A program made the position numbers and the translations under genes. Under the pieces are notes generated by a model, which had not been told where the DNA came from, made no database searches, and worked only from the letters and a program-made list of their open reading frames with translations. This document shows, piece by piece, positions 31,639 to 40,385 of a stretch of DNA of 64,000 nucleotides. The stretch lies in the NCBI GenBank assembly GCA_965215505.1, contig OZ244065.1:6113772-6177771 (forward strand), in the 5' to 3' direction. Source of the DNA: Capsulimonadaceae bacterium. Lineage in GTDB: Bacteria > Armatimonadota > Armatimonadia > Armatimonadales > Capsulimonadaceae. How positions within the stretch are numbered: the first letter of the stretch is position 1; every line of letters begins with the position of its first letter.

Positions 31639-32060
31639 AGCAAAACTCCCAGGAAGGCTTCCGTAGCCTCGATCCTCCCGTTGGCCGTCACTGAGGTGGT
31701 CGAGCCAACGGGGCTGTAACGCAGATCAGGCTTCCACTCGCCGACGATAGACCGCTCGGCGAGGTATTTAGGCTTGATGCTCTGGACCATCCCGGAGAAC
31801 CACAGGAGGGTATTAGGGTCGTGGGTGAACAAGCCCCTGAAGTCTCCTTCCGCCTTCGTGTTGTCGTCATTTTTCACCGGCGGAAACGTCGGCCACCCCA
31901 AAGTCTGGCAGATGCGGGACTTCAGCGCGAGTTCCACTGCATAGCCACACAGGCATACCGCGCCGTCATGGCTCCCGTTGTCCCGCAGTATCTTCGCATC
32001 GCGCAGATGCGCCTTTGCAGTTTCTGCAAGGTCCGCCGGGGTGATTCCTACAGTGGTCAT
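31635..32060 (-). CDS. HEPN domain protein
   Basis: LRDAKIL...GA..LCGYAVELALK..IC...THD...W...LRY. Confidence 0.8.
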   Translation of the reverse strand: MTTVGITPADLAETAKAHLRDAKILRDNGSHDGAVCLCGYAVELALKSRICQTLGWPTFPPVKNDDNTKAEGDFRGLFTHDPNTLLWFSGMVQSIKPKYLAERSIVGEWKPDLRYSPVGSTTSVTANGRIEATEAFLGVLL

Positions 32061-32229
32061 TCCTAGATCACTTCCTGTTCTTTGCCCACCCCGCCATCAT
32101 GATCGGAGTTGCACCCATTATACTCATCGTTCCGGTTCCTGTCAAAGCGGCTTCCATGCGGGTTCCTATGGAGCGCGGTGGAACTCCCGGCCCGGCGCGT
32201 TTGTAAAGTAGGGCAGGAGTATCTTGACC

Positions 32230-33015
32230 ATGAAACCAACTCTCATCACCCTGCTGGCGGCGGGCGCGCTCGCCGGGGCCGCCTTGACCGCGCACACGGC
32301 GACGCGCCCGGCGCAGGCCGCGCCCGCCCTCGCCCCGGCCCGGACGCCGGTGATCGTCGAGCTGTTCACCTCGGAGGGCTGTTCGAGCTGCCCGCCCGCC
32401 GACGCCCTGCTGTCGGAGCTTACCAAGAGCCAGCCGGTGGCGGGCGCGGACGTGATCGCCCTGGGCGAACATGTGGATTATTGGGACCATGGCGGCTGGG
32501 CGGACCGGTTCTCGTCGCGCCGCTTCAGCGCGCGCCAGAGCGACTACGCCAACGCCTTCCGTAAGGACACTGTCTACACGCCGCAGATGATCGTGGACGG
32601 TCAGGCGCAGTTCGTGGGCAGCGACGAGGACGCGGCGCGGGCGGCGATCACGCGGGCCGCGCGCCGGCCGAAGGCGCGCGTCGCCCTGACGCGGGTGGGG
32701 GAGAGGCTTTCGGTCCGGGTGGATCACCTGCCGCCGTCCGCAGAGAACGAAGCCGATGAGGTCCTGCTGGCGATCACCGAGGGCGGCCTGAGTTCGTCCG
32801 TCGGCGGCGGGGAGAACGCCGGGCGGCGGCTCGGGCACTGCGCTGTGGTCCGGCAGCTCACGCCGCTGGGCACCGTCTCGGGCGGCGCGTTCAGCGCCGC
32901 GCCGACCGTCTCACTTTCGCCAAGCTGGCGGCGGGAAAACCTGTCCGCCGTCGTCTTCGTGCAGGAGCGCGGCAGCCGAAAGATCGTCGGCGCATCCGAG
33001 GTCGGGCTTGGCTAA
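32230..33015 (+). CDS. DUF1223 thioredoxin-like secreted protein
   Basis: VELFTSEGCSSCPPAD, HVDYWD, YTPQMIVDG, GENAGR. Confidence 0.92.
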   Translation: MKPTLITLLAAGALAGAALTAHTATRPAQAAPALAPARTPVIVELFTSEGCSSCPPADALLSELTKSQPVAGADVIALGEHVDYWDHGGWADRFSSRRFSARQSDYANAFRKDTVYTPQMIVDGQAQFVGSDEDAARAAITRAARRPKARVALTRVGERLSVRVDHLPPSAENEADEVLLAITEGGLSSSVGGGENAGRRLGHCAVVRQLTPLGTVSGGAFSAAPTVSLSPSWRRENLSAVVFVQERGSRKIVGASEVGLG

Positions 33016-34673
33016 TGCGCCTCGGCGGGGGCCGCCCCGCCGCGCCTGGGCTTCCGCAGCAGCAGCGTGGCGGGCAGGGCCAGCAGGAAGGTCAGGCCCA
33101 GCAGGATGAAGGCGTTGTTGTAGGCCATCGTCATCGCCTGCGCCTGGACCGCCCGGTCGAGCAGGTGCAGGGAGGCCGACAGGGCTGCGGTGGGGCTGTA
33201 GCCGCCCCCCATCAGCGCGCCCGCCCCGCCGTTCAGCCGGGCCTGGAAGGCGGCGTCGCCGGAATGTAGGTTGGCGACCAGCTCGGCCCGGTGGTAGGCG
33301 GTCATGTTGACGATGTAGGTGTTCAAGACGGCGATGCCGAAGGACCCGCCGAGCTGGCGCATCAGGTTGTAAAGCGCGGACCCCTGCGCGATCTCCGCCC
33401 CCTTCAGCCCGGCGAAGGCGACCGTGCTGATGGGGATGAAGACCAGTCCCAGGCCGAAGCCGCGCACCATCAGGCCCGCCTGCGTGTCCGACTGCCCGCT
33501 CTGCGTCGTCAGGTGTCCCAGCATCCACATCGCGCCCATGTAGATGAACATGCCGGAGATGATCAGGATGCGCGCGTCAAAGCCGCGCTGCAAGACGCGC
33601 CCGCAGAGGATCACGGCCACGGCCGTCATGATGCCGCCCGGAAGCAGGGCCAGCCCGGTCGCCGTCGGGGTGAACCCGAGGATGGACTGCACGAACAGCG
33701 GGTAGATGAAGACGCCGCCGTACAGCCCGAAGCCGAGTACCAGCCCCAGGATGACGGACGCGGACAGCCCCCGGTCCTTCAAAACGCGCAGGTCCAGGAT
33801 GGGCGCATGGTTGCGCGGCGACAGCTCCCACCAGACGAAGCCGACCAATGCGGCAACGGCGAGGACGGCCAGCCGGGCGATGGTCGGGTCCGAGAACCAG
33901 TCGTACCGCTCCCCCTCTTCCAGCACATATTGCAGCGACCCCATGCCCGCCGCCAGCATGACGATCCCCCAGACGTCCACCGTGTTGACCCGCTTCTGGT
34001 GCCGCGAGTCCTGGAGGAACAGGCCGACCAGGGCGAGTGAGGCGAACGCCAGCGGGACGTGGATGAAGAAGATGGTCCGCCAGGAATAGTTGTCCGTGAT
34101 GTAGCCGCCCAGGAGCGGCCCCAGAGTAGGGGTCACGATCAGCCCCAGGCCGAAGATGGACTGGACCGTGGCGATCTGGGAACGCGGGAAGATCTCGACG
34201 ATGGTGGACTGGGCGGTCGAGATGAGCGCGGCCCCGCCCGCGCCCTGGATCAGCCGCCAGAAGATGATCTCCCCCAGGCTCCCCGACAGCCCGCACATGA
34301 ACCGGGCGATGTTGAAGATCAGGATGGAGGCCATCAAATAGCGCTTGCGCCCGAACCGCCCCGAGAGCCAGGCGGTCATCGGCAGGACGATGACGTTGGC
34401 GAGGATGTAGCCCGTAGAGACCCAGGCGATCTCGTCGGTGGTCGCGCCGAGGTTGCCGGACATCTGCGGCAGGGCGACGTTGACGACCGTGGTGTCCAGG
34501 ATCTCCAGGGCCGCCGCCATGATCAGCCCGAGCATGATCCACCAGCGGTGTGCGCTGACATCGGCGGGTACGTCGCCGGGCGCGGCGACCGGACTGCTCG
34601 CCGCCGGCTTGGCGCTCTCGGGCTGAGGGGTAGAGCCGACGGTCCGGCTCCGGTGTGCGATATCAACTGCCAT
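33012..34673 (-). CDS. DHA2 (EmrB/QacA) MFS efflux permease
   Basis: LDTTVVNVALP, GRFGRKR, GPLLGGYITDNYSWR, RQLGGSFG. Confidence 0.93.
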   Translation of the reverse strand: MAVDIAHRSRTVGSTPQPESAKPAASSPVAAPGDVPADVSAHRWWIMLGLIMAAALEILDTTVVNVALPQMSGNLGATTDEIAWVSTGYILANVIVLPMTAWLSGRFGRKRYLMASILIFNIARFMCGLSGSLGEIIFWRLIQGAGGAALISTAQSTIVEIFPRSQIATVQSIFGLGLIVTPTLGPLLGGYITDNYSWRTIFFIHVPLAFASLALVGLFLQDSRHQKRVNTVDVWGIVMLAAGMGSLQYVLEEGERYDWFSDPTIARLAVLAVAALVGFVWWELSPRNHAPILDLRVLKDRGLSASVILGLVLGFGLYGGVFIYPLFVQSILGFTPTATGLALLPGGIMTAVAVILCGRVLQRGFDARILIISGMFIYMGAMWMLGHLTTQSGQSDTQAGLMVRGFGLGLVFIPISTVAFAGLKGAEIAQGSALYNLMRQLGGSFGIAVLNTYIVNMTAYHRAELVANLHSGDAAFQARLNGGAGALMGGGYSPTAALSASLHLLDRAVQAQAMTMAYNNAFILLGLTFLLALPATLLLRKPRRGGAAPAEAH

Positions 34674-34703
34674 TTTGCACTCGGAATTCTCCTGAACGGC
34701 CGT

Positions 34704-35186
34704 CTAGAGCAGGCGGCTTAACAGGGAGTGAAGCTGGGCGCGCTCCTGCGGGGAGAGCGGCGCGAACACCTCATCATTTGTACGCTGCGCCAGTGCTGTA
34801 CCCTCGGCCAGCACGCCCCGGCCACCGTCGGTCAGGCTGACCAGGTGGGCGCGGCGGTCGCGCGGGTCGCGGCGGCGCGTGACCAGGTCCCGCCCCTCCA
34901 GATCATCCAGCAGCAGAACCATCGTGTTGCGGTCTATACCCAGCCGCTCGCCCATTTCTACCTGAGACATCGGCTTTCCCTCGCCGAGTACGGCCAGCAC
35001 GGCGAAGTGGCGGCCGTGGATGCCCAGCGGCTCGGCCAGGGCGTCGAAGTGGCTGCGGCACTGTTGGGCCGCCCGGCCCAGCAGGTAGCCCGTCCAGACC
35101 GAGAGGCTGGGCGGCAGGGGCGCGCTCCTGGCGCGTGTCGCCGCTTGAGAGGGCACCGGCTTGTCTGGATCAAGGTTCTGCGTCAT
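34704..35186 (-). CDS. MarR-family regulator
   Basis: SQVEMGERLGID...LE...LV.R..DPRDRR...LT..G. Confidence 0.92.
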   Translation of the reverse strand: MTQNLDPDKPVPSQAATRARSAPLPPSLSVWTGYLLGRAAQQCRSHFDALAEPLGIHGRHFAVLAVLGEGKPMSQVEMGERLGIDRNTMVLLLDDLEGRDLVTRRRDPRDRRAHLVSLTDGGRGVLAEGTALAQRTNDEVFAPLSPQERAQLHSLLSRLL

Positions 35187-35228
35187 GTCCGGCCTCCGGG
35201 TTGGTGTGTTTCGTCCTGCCTACGTATA

Positions 35229-35243
35229 ATCAGTAACAATGAT
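35229..35243. promoter_or_regulatory. Possible MarR operator
   Basis: Imperfect palindrome ATCAGTAACAATGAT in the AT-rich region upstream of marR. Confidence 0.4.
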
Positions 35244-35264
35244 GATTTGAGAAAGGTTTCCAAA

Positions 35265-35295
35265 GAAAAAGCCGCCGGCCTCATGCCGGCGGCCT
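35265..35295 (-). terminator. Intrinsic terminator
   Basis: gccgccggc-ctcat-gccggcggc preceded by an A-run (a U-tract on the minus strand). Confidence 0.65.
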
Positions 35296-35308
35296 CCTCC
35301 CATGCACT

Positions 35309-35608
35309 CTAAGGCTGGATCGCCCAGAAGAGGCGGTAAACGCAGGCCGCCGCGCAGACGATCATCAGGAGGACCACTGCCGCGTCAAACAGGTCCGAAT
35401 AGGTCCGGGGCCGCGCCCTTTTCCCCGGCTTCACCGCCGGCAGGGCGCGTAAGGTGACGGCCTCCCCCGACGCGAAGCGCAGGGGCTTTCCCTCGACGGC
35501 GGGCAGTGAGGGCAGCGTCGGGTTCGACGCTGAGAGGATGACCACTTCGTCATCCTCGGAAAAGACTTCCGTGGGCACGGTCGCGCCCGTGTCGCTGAGT
35601 GCTTTCAC
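35309..35608 (-). CDS. Hypothetical protein with a C-terminal TM helix
   Basis: GTG start with GAGGAG upstream; hydrophobic C-terminus. Confidence 0.55.
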   Translation of the reverse strand: MKALSDTGATVPTEVFSEDDEVVILSASNPTLPSLPAVEGKPLRFASGEAVTLRALPAVKPGKRARPRTYSDLFDAAVVLLMIVCAAACVYRLFWAIQP

Positions 35609-35745
35609 CGGTTACGATCTCCTCTGATCAGAGCCAGGCACCGGGCCGGGCGTGTCAGCCTGGGAGGTTCCCTGCTGACGAGGTGATTATGACCCTGCAT
35701 GCGGCACGTCGTTGTGCCATTTGTCACACGTCTTGTCAGACATAT

Positions 35746-36942
35746 TCACACATCGGCCGGGGGATATGCGGCGAACGCCTCGGCATATTTCAGGCCCGTG
35801 CCGGTGTTGAACAGGACGACCTTCTCGTGCGGCTTCACCCACTCCTGGGCGCGCAGGCGGCGCAGGGCGGCGAGGCACGCCCCGCCCTCCGGGGCGGCGC
35901 AGATGCCGGTGGCGGCGCTCAGGGCGTAGGCGTCGGCCATCAGCGCGGCGTCGGACACGGTGACGGCGACCCCGCCGCCGCGCCGAATCATGTCCAGCAT
36001 GACGAAGTCGCCGATGGCGCGCGGGACGCGCAGGCCGGATGCGACCGTCCGGGCGTTCTCGAACAGCCCGGCCTCGCCCGCGCCCGATGCGAAGGCGCGG
36101 GCGATGGGCGCGCAGCCCTCCGCCTGGACGCTGACCAGGCGGGGGCGCTTTGGGCCGATCCAGCCCAGCGCCTCCATCTCGTCGAAGGCCTTGCCCATGC
36201 CGATCAGCCCGGTCCCGCCGCCGGTCGGGTAAAGGATGACGTCGGGCAGTGTCCAGCCCAGCGCCTCGGCGATCTCGTAGCCCATCGTCTTCTTGCCCTC
36301 GACCCGGTACGGCTCGCGCAGCGTGGACACGTCCCACCAGCCCTCCTGCGCCTGCCCCGCCTGGACGAGTTTCGCGCAGTCGTTGATCAGGCCCTCCACC
36401 AGAGTCACGCGCGCCCCGGCGATCAGGCATTCCAGCCGGTTGGCGGCGGGCACGTCGCGCGGCATGAAGACGAACGCCTCGATCCCCGCCCGCGCGGCAT
36501 AGGCGGCCAGCGCCCCGCCCGCGTTGCCCGCCGAGGGCACGGCCAGCTTCTGCGCCCCGAAATGCCGGGCCATCGCGACCGCGACGGCCATGCCGCGCGC
36601 CTTGAACGAGCCGGTCGGGTTGACGGCCTCGTCCTTGACCCACAGCGACCCCACGTTCATGCCGAGTTCTTCCCCCAGGCCGCCCGCAGCCAGCAGCGGC
36701 GTCCCCCCCTCGCCCAATGTCAGGGTTTCTTCGCCCAGGGGCAGCGGCAGCACCTCGCGCCAGCGCCACAGCGACCGCGTCCGCCCGGCCAGGTCGTCGC
36801 GGGAGACGGCCCGGCCGACTGCGGCCAGATCGTAATCCACCCGCAGCGGCTTCCCGCAGTCGCACAGGTTGCGCCACCGGTCAGCCGGGTAGGCGGTCCC
36901 GCAGGCCCAGCAAGTCAATTGTGTAACGAAAGAAGTGCCCAT
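35746..36942 (-). CDS. thrC: Threonine synthase
   Basis: LGEGGTPL, KDEAVNPTGSFKARG, SAGNAG, EGKKTMG, PEGGA, FNTGTGLKY. Confidence 0.9.
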   Translation of the reverse strand: MGTSFVTQLTCWACGTAYPADRWRNLCDCGKPLRVDYDLAAVGRAVSRDDLAGRTRSLWRWREVLPLPLGEETLTLGEGGTPLLAAGGLGEELGMNVGSLWVKDEAVNPTGSFKARGMAVAVAMARHFGAQKLAVPSAGNAGGALAAYAARAGIEAFVFMPRDVPAANRLECLIAGARVTLVEGLINDCAKLVQAGQAQEGWWDVSTLREPYRVEGKKTMGYEIAEALGWTLPDVILYPTGGGTGLIGMGKAFDEMEALGWIGPKRPRLVSVQAEGCAPIARAFASGAGEAGLFENARTVASGLRVPRAIGDFVMLDMIRRGGGVAVTVSDAALMADAYALSAATGICAAPEGGACLAALRRLRAQEWVKPHEKVVLFNTGTGLKYAEAFAAYPPADV

Positions 36943-36961
36943 AGATCCTCAGACATGAAAT

Positions 36962-36985
36962 GGCCCAGGGCTGAACCCCTGGGCT
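36962..36985. repeat. Palindromic REP, identical (inverted) to 60422-60445
   Basis: ggcccagggctgaacccctgggct is the reverse complement of agcccaggggttcagccctgggcc. Confidence 0.8.
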
Positions 36986-37041
36986 GAAAACCACCGAAAC
37001 CCCGCCGTTCAGGGTAGGGGAGTAGAAAGGGCCGTCCGCCG

Positions 37042-37251
37042 TCAGTGACCCGCCGCGCTCCTCCCCGCGCCGCCCACTTCTGGCGGCATCTGCTTCCACA
37101 GCGCGCTGCCGTCCACAACGGCCTCGTTCGGGGCCTTGACCCCGATGCGTACCTCATCTCCGCGCACCTCGATCAGCGTGATCTCCATGTCTTCCCCGAT
37201 GCAGATGGTGGACCGGTCCCCGGCACCCGTCCGACGTGATAGAACGAGCAT
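37042..37251 (-). CDS. csrA: Carbon storage regulator CsrA-like protein (atypical)
   Basis: MLVLSRR...ICIGEDMEITLIEVRGDEVRIGVKAP; RBS GGAGG. Confidence 0.8.
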   Translation of the reverse strand: MLVLSRRTGAGDRSTICIGEDMEITLIEVRGDEVRIGVKAPNEAVVDGSALWKQMPPEVGGAGRSAAGH

Positions 37252-37403
37252 GTTTGCCTCCCTGGCGTGTGTGATGCCCTTCCCCCCTGCATAAACCGTG
37301 CCAAGTATGAATACTGGGATAATGGCGTGCGTCTCAGCTGGCTTGAAAGCCGAACGAGAAAAATGTGGAGGCAATTTTACGTTCCATCACATCATACCGC
37401 TTA

Positions 37404-37426
37404 CTTGGCATGGTTTGTGCAGTAGG
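37404..37426 (+). promoter_or_regulatory. Sigma54 (-24/-12)-like promoter
   Basis: TTGGCATGGTTTGTGCA with correct GG-N10-GC spacing; repeated at 38237. Confidence 0.7.
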
Positions 37427-37554
37427 TAAAACTACTGGCGTCCCGCACCACTCCCCGCCGCAGGCAGTCAAGCCTTCACCCTCGCTGGTCGCCGAAGATC
37501 AAGCGTCCCGACACGCGATCTACCAACCGACGGCTCACAGAAAGGTCCGCCCCC

Positions 37555-38142
37555 ATGCACTCCGCACGCACGCTCCGTCTCGGGCTGGCGCTCACCGGCC
37601 TTTGCGCCCTGGGCGTCACCGCCGCCCGCCCGGCCGCCGCCCAAAACCTGCTGTATACACTCAGCGGCGTCACGTTCGCGGACGGTGCCACCGCCACAGG
37701 ATTCTTCAACGCCAACCCGACCACGGGTGTTTTCGGCACCCTTGACATCACCACGACCAGCGGCCTGACGGATGGCCTGCCTGGGACCCACTACGTTACG
37801 GCGACGACTACCCCAGCCAATAGCCCGTACTTCGCGTTTTCATTCACCTCCGGCCTCAACACTCTTGTTTTGAGCGTCGGCGTTGATGACCGTGTTCCCG
37901 GCGTGCAGCCCTTGCAGCCGGGCACCAGTTCCGGTCCATTCCAGCTTTCCAACAGCGGGGAGGTCACCCGACCCGTCGGCGGGTCCCAAGCCGTCCGTCC
38001 GATCACTGCCGGGAGCCTGATCGCCACGGCGGCCCCGGTCCCCGAAGCCTCCACCGTCGTCTCCTTCGGCCTGCTGCTGGCCCTGGGCCTGGGCGGCCTG
38101 GTCTTCGCCGCCAAGCGCAAAAAGGCCCGGCCCGCCCTCTGA
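37555..38142 (+). CDS. PEP-CTERM sorting domain protein
   Basis: Signal peptide; YTLSGVTFADG; PVPEASTVVSFGLLLALG...KRKK. Confidence 0.92.
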   Translation: MHSARTLRLGLALTGLCALGVTAARPAAAQNLLYTLSGVTFADGATATGFFNANPTTGVFGTLDITTTSGLTDGLPGTHYVTATTTPANSPYFAFSFTSGLNTLVLSVGVDDRVPGVQPLQPGTSSGPFQLSNSGEVTRPVGGSQAVRPITAGSLIATAAPVPEASTVVSFGLLLALGLGGLVFAAKRKKARPAL

Positions 38143-38166
38143 GTTGCCCTGCGACAGAACACAGCG

Positions 38167-38210
38167 AGGCGCGGGTGAACCCGATTTACCCGCGCCTTTC
38201 CTCGTCATCC
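38167..38210 (+). terminator. Terminator hairpin (paralogous to 38741 and 39788)
   Basis: aggcgcgggtgaa-cccga-tttacccgcgcct-ttcctcgtcatcc. Confidence 0.7.
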
Positions 38211-38236
38211 CCTGTTATTCCTGTTTAGCAGCCAAG

Positions 38237-38259
38237 CTTGGCACGGTTTGTGCAGTAGG
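38237..38259 (+). promoter_or_regulatory. Sigma54-like promoter, second copy
   Basis: cttggcacggtttgtgcagtagg; 22 of 23 bases identical to the copy at 37404. Confidence 0.7.
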
Positions 38260-38519
38260 CATCAGTACGGCTTCCTCTGATACCTCCCGCCGCCGGCGAT
38301 GATGCTCTCTGAAGATACTCGTTCCCTCTCCCGATACTCATAGGAGGGCGGGCGTTCCGGCACGCGGCACACGACAAGCCGCAGGCTTTTGGAAGTCCCG
38401 CAAGCTTCACGAGAAAGGTTTCACCGAGGACGGTGTGTGACGCCAATGACGGTGTGTGACGTGGAGACCGTCTTCCCAAAGACGACAGACCCAGCAGCAG
38501 ACCCAAAGGAAAACATACC

Positions 38520-38705
38520 ATGCTTCCAGCCGTGACCGAACCCGTCCGCCTGAACGACCTCCCCACCATCCTGGGGCCTTATGCCAGGACCGCGCCCATC
38601 TACGTCTACCTGATGAGCTGCGGCAACCTCACGGCGACCCGCTTCCGGCTCCGCGACGAGGAAGACCTGATCCTCATCCTCGGCCCGCACGGGAGCGTCA
38701 CCTGA
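38520..38705 (+). CDS. Small hypothetical protein (61 aa)
   Basis: AAAGGA RBS, host-like codon usage, followed by a terminator. Confidence 0.6.
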   Translation: MLPAVTEPVRLNDLPTILGPYARTAPIYVYLMSCGNLTATRFRLRDEEDLILILGPHGSVT

Positions 38706-38740
38706 TGCCGCCGGCAACGGCCTGGCATCGCAAAGCAGCA

Positions 38741-38783
38741 GGGCGCGGGTGAATGGCTTCACCCGCGCCTTCTTTCGTCATCC
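38741..38783 (+). terminator. Terminator hairpin
   Basis: ggcgcgggtgaa-tggc-ttcacccgcgcc-ttctttcgtcatcc. Confidence 0.7.
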
Positions 38784-38942
38784 TACGACGGGTGACAGTC
38801 CCCCTGCGTCGTCGGAACGGTCATCCTGAAAAGCTTAATCTTCGCTTAACACGATCGCCCGCAGAGTGCTTGTATACTAGACACGCGACCGTCCCAGTGA
38901 CGGTATGCCGCCTGTATCATAGGATTCTCAAGGAGCTTTTCA

Positions 38943-39776
38943 ATGACCGCCTTCTTCAACCGCCGCGCCGGCCTCACGCTGGCCGCACTCGCCGCTCTCG
39001 GCCTGGCAAGCACCGCCGCCCAGGCCCAGGCCGTTTTCACCTCGTGGACCTTTAACAATGGCACGATCGGCGCCACTTCTTCTCCGGCGACTGCGCTCGG
39101 CACCGGGACCGCCTCGACACTGGGCATGACCAACACCTACGGGACGCCCGGCCCCAGCGTGGACATCTCGGATATCCTGGTCCAGACCGGGACCTCCACC
39201 TCCCTCGGCACCATTAACCCCAGCGACCAGTCCTGGCGCGTCCGGGGCGGTGAGCCGACCGGCGGCACCTCCGCCGCCAACGGCTGGTCGTCCCTGGCCC
39301 CCATCTACACTCAGGGTGCCCAGTTCCTCACCAGCACGGCCGGCGAGCAGAACATCAGCCTCACCTTCGACTGGGCACCGACTGCTCAGGGAGTCGGCGA
39401 CCTCGAACTCCAATACACCACCGATGGCAAGGCTTTCCAGAACGCGGCCCTCTTCACCGACATTGCCACCGCCTCCGTCCCTGCGGTGGCGAACGAGGAC
39501 GGCCTGACCTTCTCGTTCGGCACGGCCGCGAACAACGACCCCAACTTCGGCGTCCGCCTGGTCTCCACAGTTGACCCGGCCTCCGGGAAGTACCTCAGCA
39601 CCCTGGGGACGCCGCTGAACAATACGTCCGGCAACTGGCGCTTCGACAACGTCAACTTCAGCGGCACCCCCGCCCCGGTCCCGGAAGCCTCCACGCCCGT
39701 CAGCCTCGGCCTGCTGCTGGCCCTGGGGTTGGCCGGGCTTGTGGTCGCCGCCAAGCGGAAGAAGGCGTCGGCCTGA
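38943..39776 (+). CDS. PEP-CTERM sorting domain protein
   Basis: Signal peptide; NNDPNFGVRLVS, GNWRFDNV; PVPEASTPVSLGLLLALG...KRKK. Confidence 0.92.
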   Translation: MTAFFNRRAGLTLAALAALGLASTAAQAQAVFTSWTFNNGTIGATSSPATALGTGTASTLGMTNTYGTPGPSVDISDILVQTGTSTSLGTINPSDQSWRVRGGEPTGGTSAANGWSSLAPIYTQGAQFLTSTAGEQNISLTFDWAPTAQGVGDLELQYTTDGKAFQNAALFTDIATASVPAVANEDGLTFSFGTAANNDPNFGVRLVSTVDPASGKYLSTLGTPLNNTSGNWRFDNVNFSGTPAPVPEASTPVSLGLLLALGLAGLVVAAKRKKASA

Positions 39777-39787
39777 GCCTCAGCGGA

Positions 39788-39826
39788 GCGCGGGCGAATG
39801 GACTTTGCCCGCGCCCCCCTTTTTTG
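39788..39826 (+). terminator. Intrinsic terminator
   Basis: gcgcgggcgaa-tggac-tttgcccgcgc followed by a T-run. Confidence 0.7.
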
Positions 39827-39903
39827 TACGCTGGACGCAGGAACAGCGGCAGCGCACCGCGAACAAAAGGGCACCGGGCCATCGTCCGCCGGTGCCCAGA
39901 TCC

Positions 39904-40177
39904 ATGACTAGCCAGCGCAATACAGGTACGCACGAGGACCCGAACAAGATGCGGACGCGCTGGGCGCCCCTTCGGCGGCTGCGTCTTCGGGCTGATGTTT
40001 GGCTCCGATGCCCTTCCCGCCGCGCTCCGCCACCACCCCTACGCTTACGGCCCGCAGCAAGAAGGGCGGGCGCGGCGTCTCGCGGAGCAGCAGGCGCGGA
40101 CGCGGCGGGCCGCCGAGGCTCAGGCCGGTGTCTGGCCGCCGCCCGTCAGAACGGACGGGCGCTATGACGGGAATTAG
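39904..40177 (+). pseudogene. Possible degraded small membrane protein gene ending in a VWPPP motif
   Basis: The ATG 39904 frame (MTSQRN...RWAP) needs a frameshift to join FGGCVFGLMFGS...QAGVWPPPVRT. Confidence 0.35.
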
Positions 40178-40385
40178 CGCGCGACAGGCCGTATGGGCGA
40201 ATGCCGCACGACCGCAAATCGCTCCCCCCACCTCACCCGTTCTCCTGTTTCTGCTGCTGCGGTGCCGAGGAGGAATACTGATCCCCGAGCGCGAACCCAC
40301 ATATCATATAATAATGGGTTGAGCTTCTGGATCGCCAAAGCGGGGTTGCGCCGCCACGCTCCCTGCCTCAGCCCGGAGGAATGTC

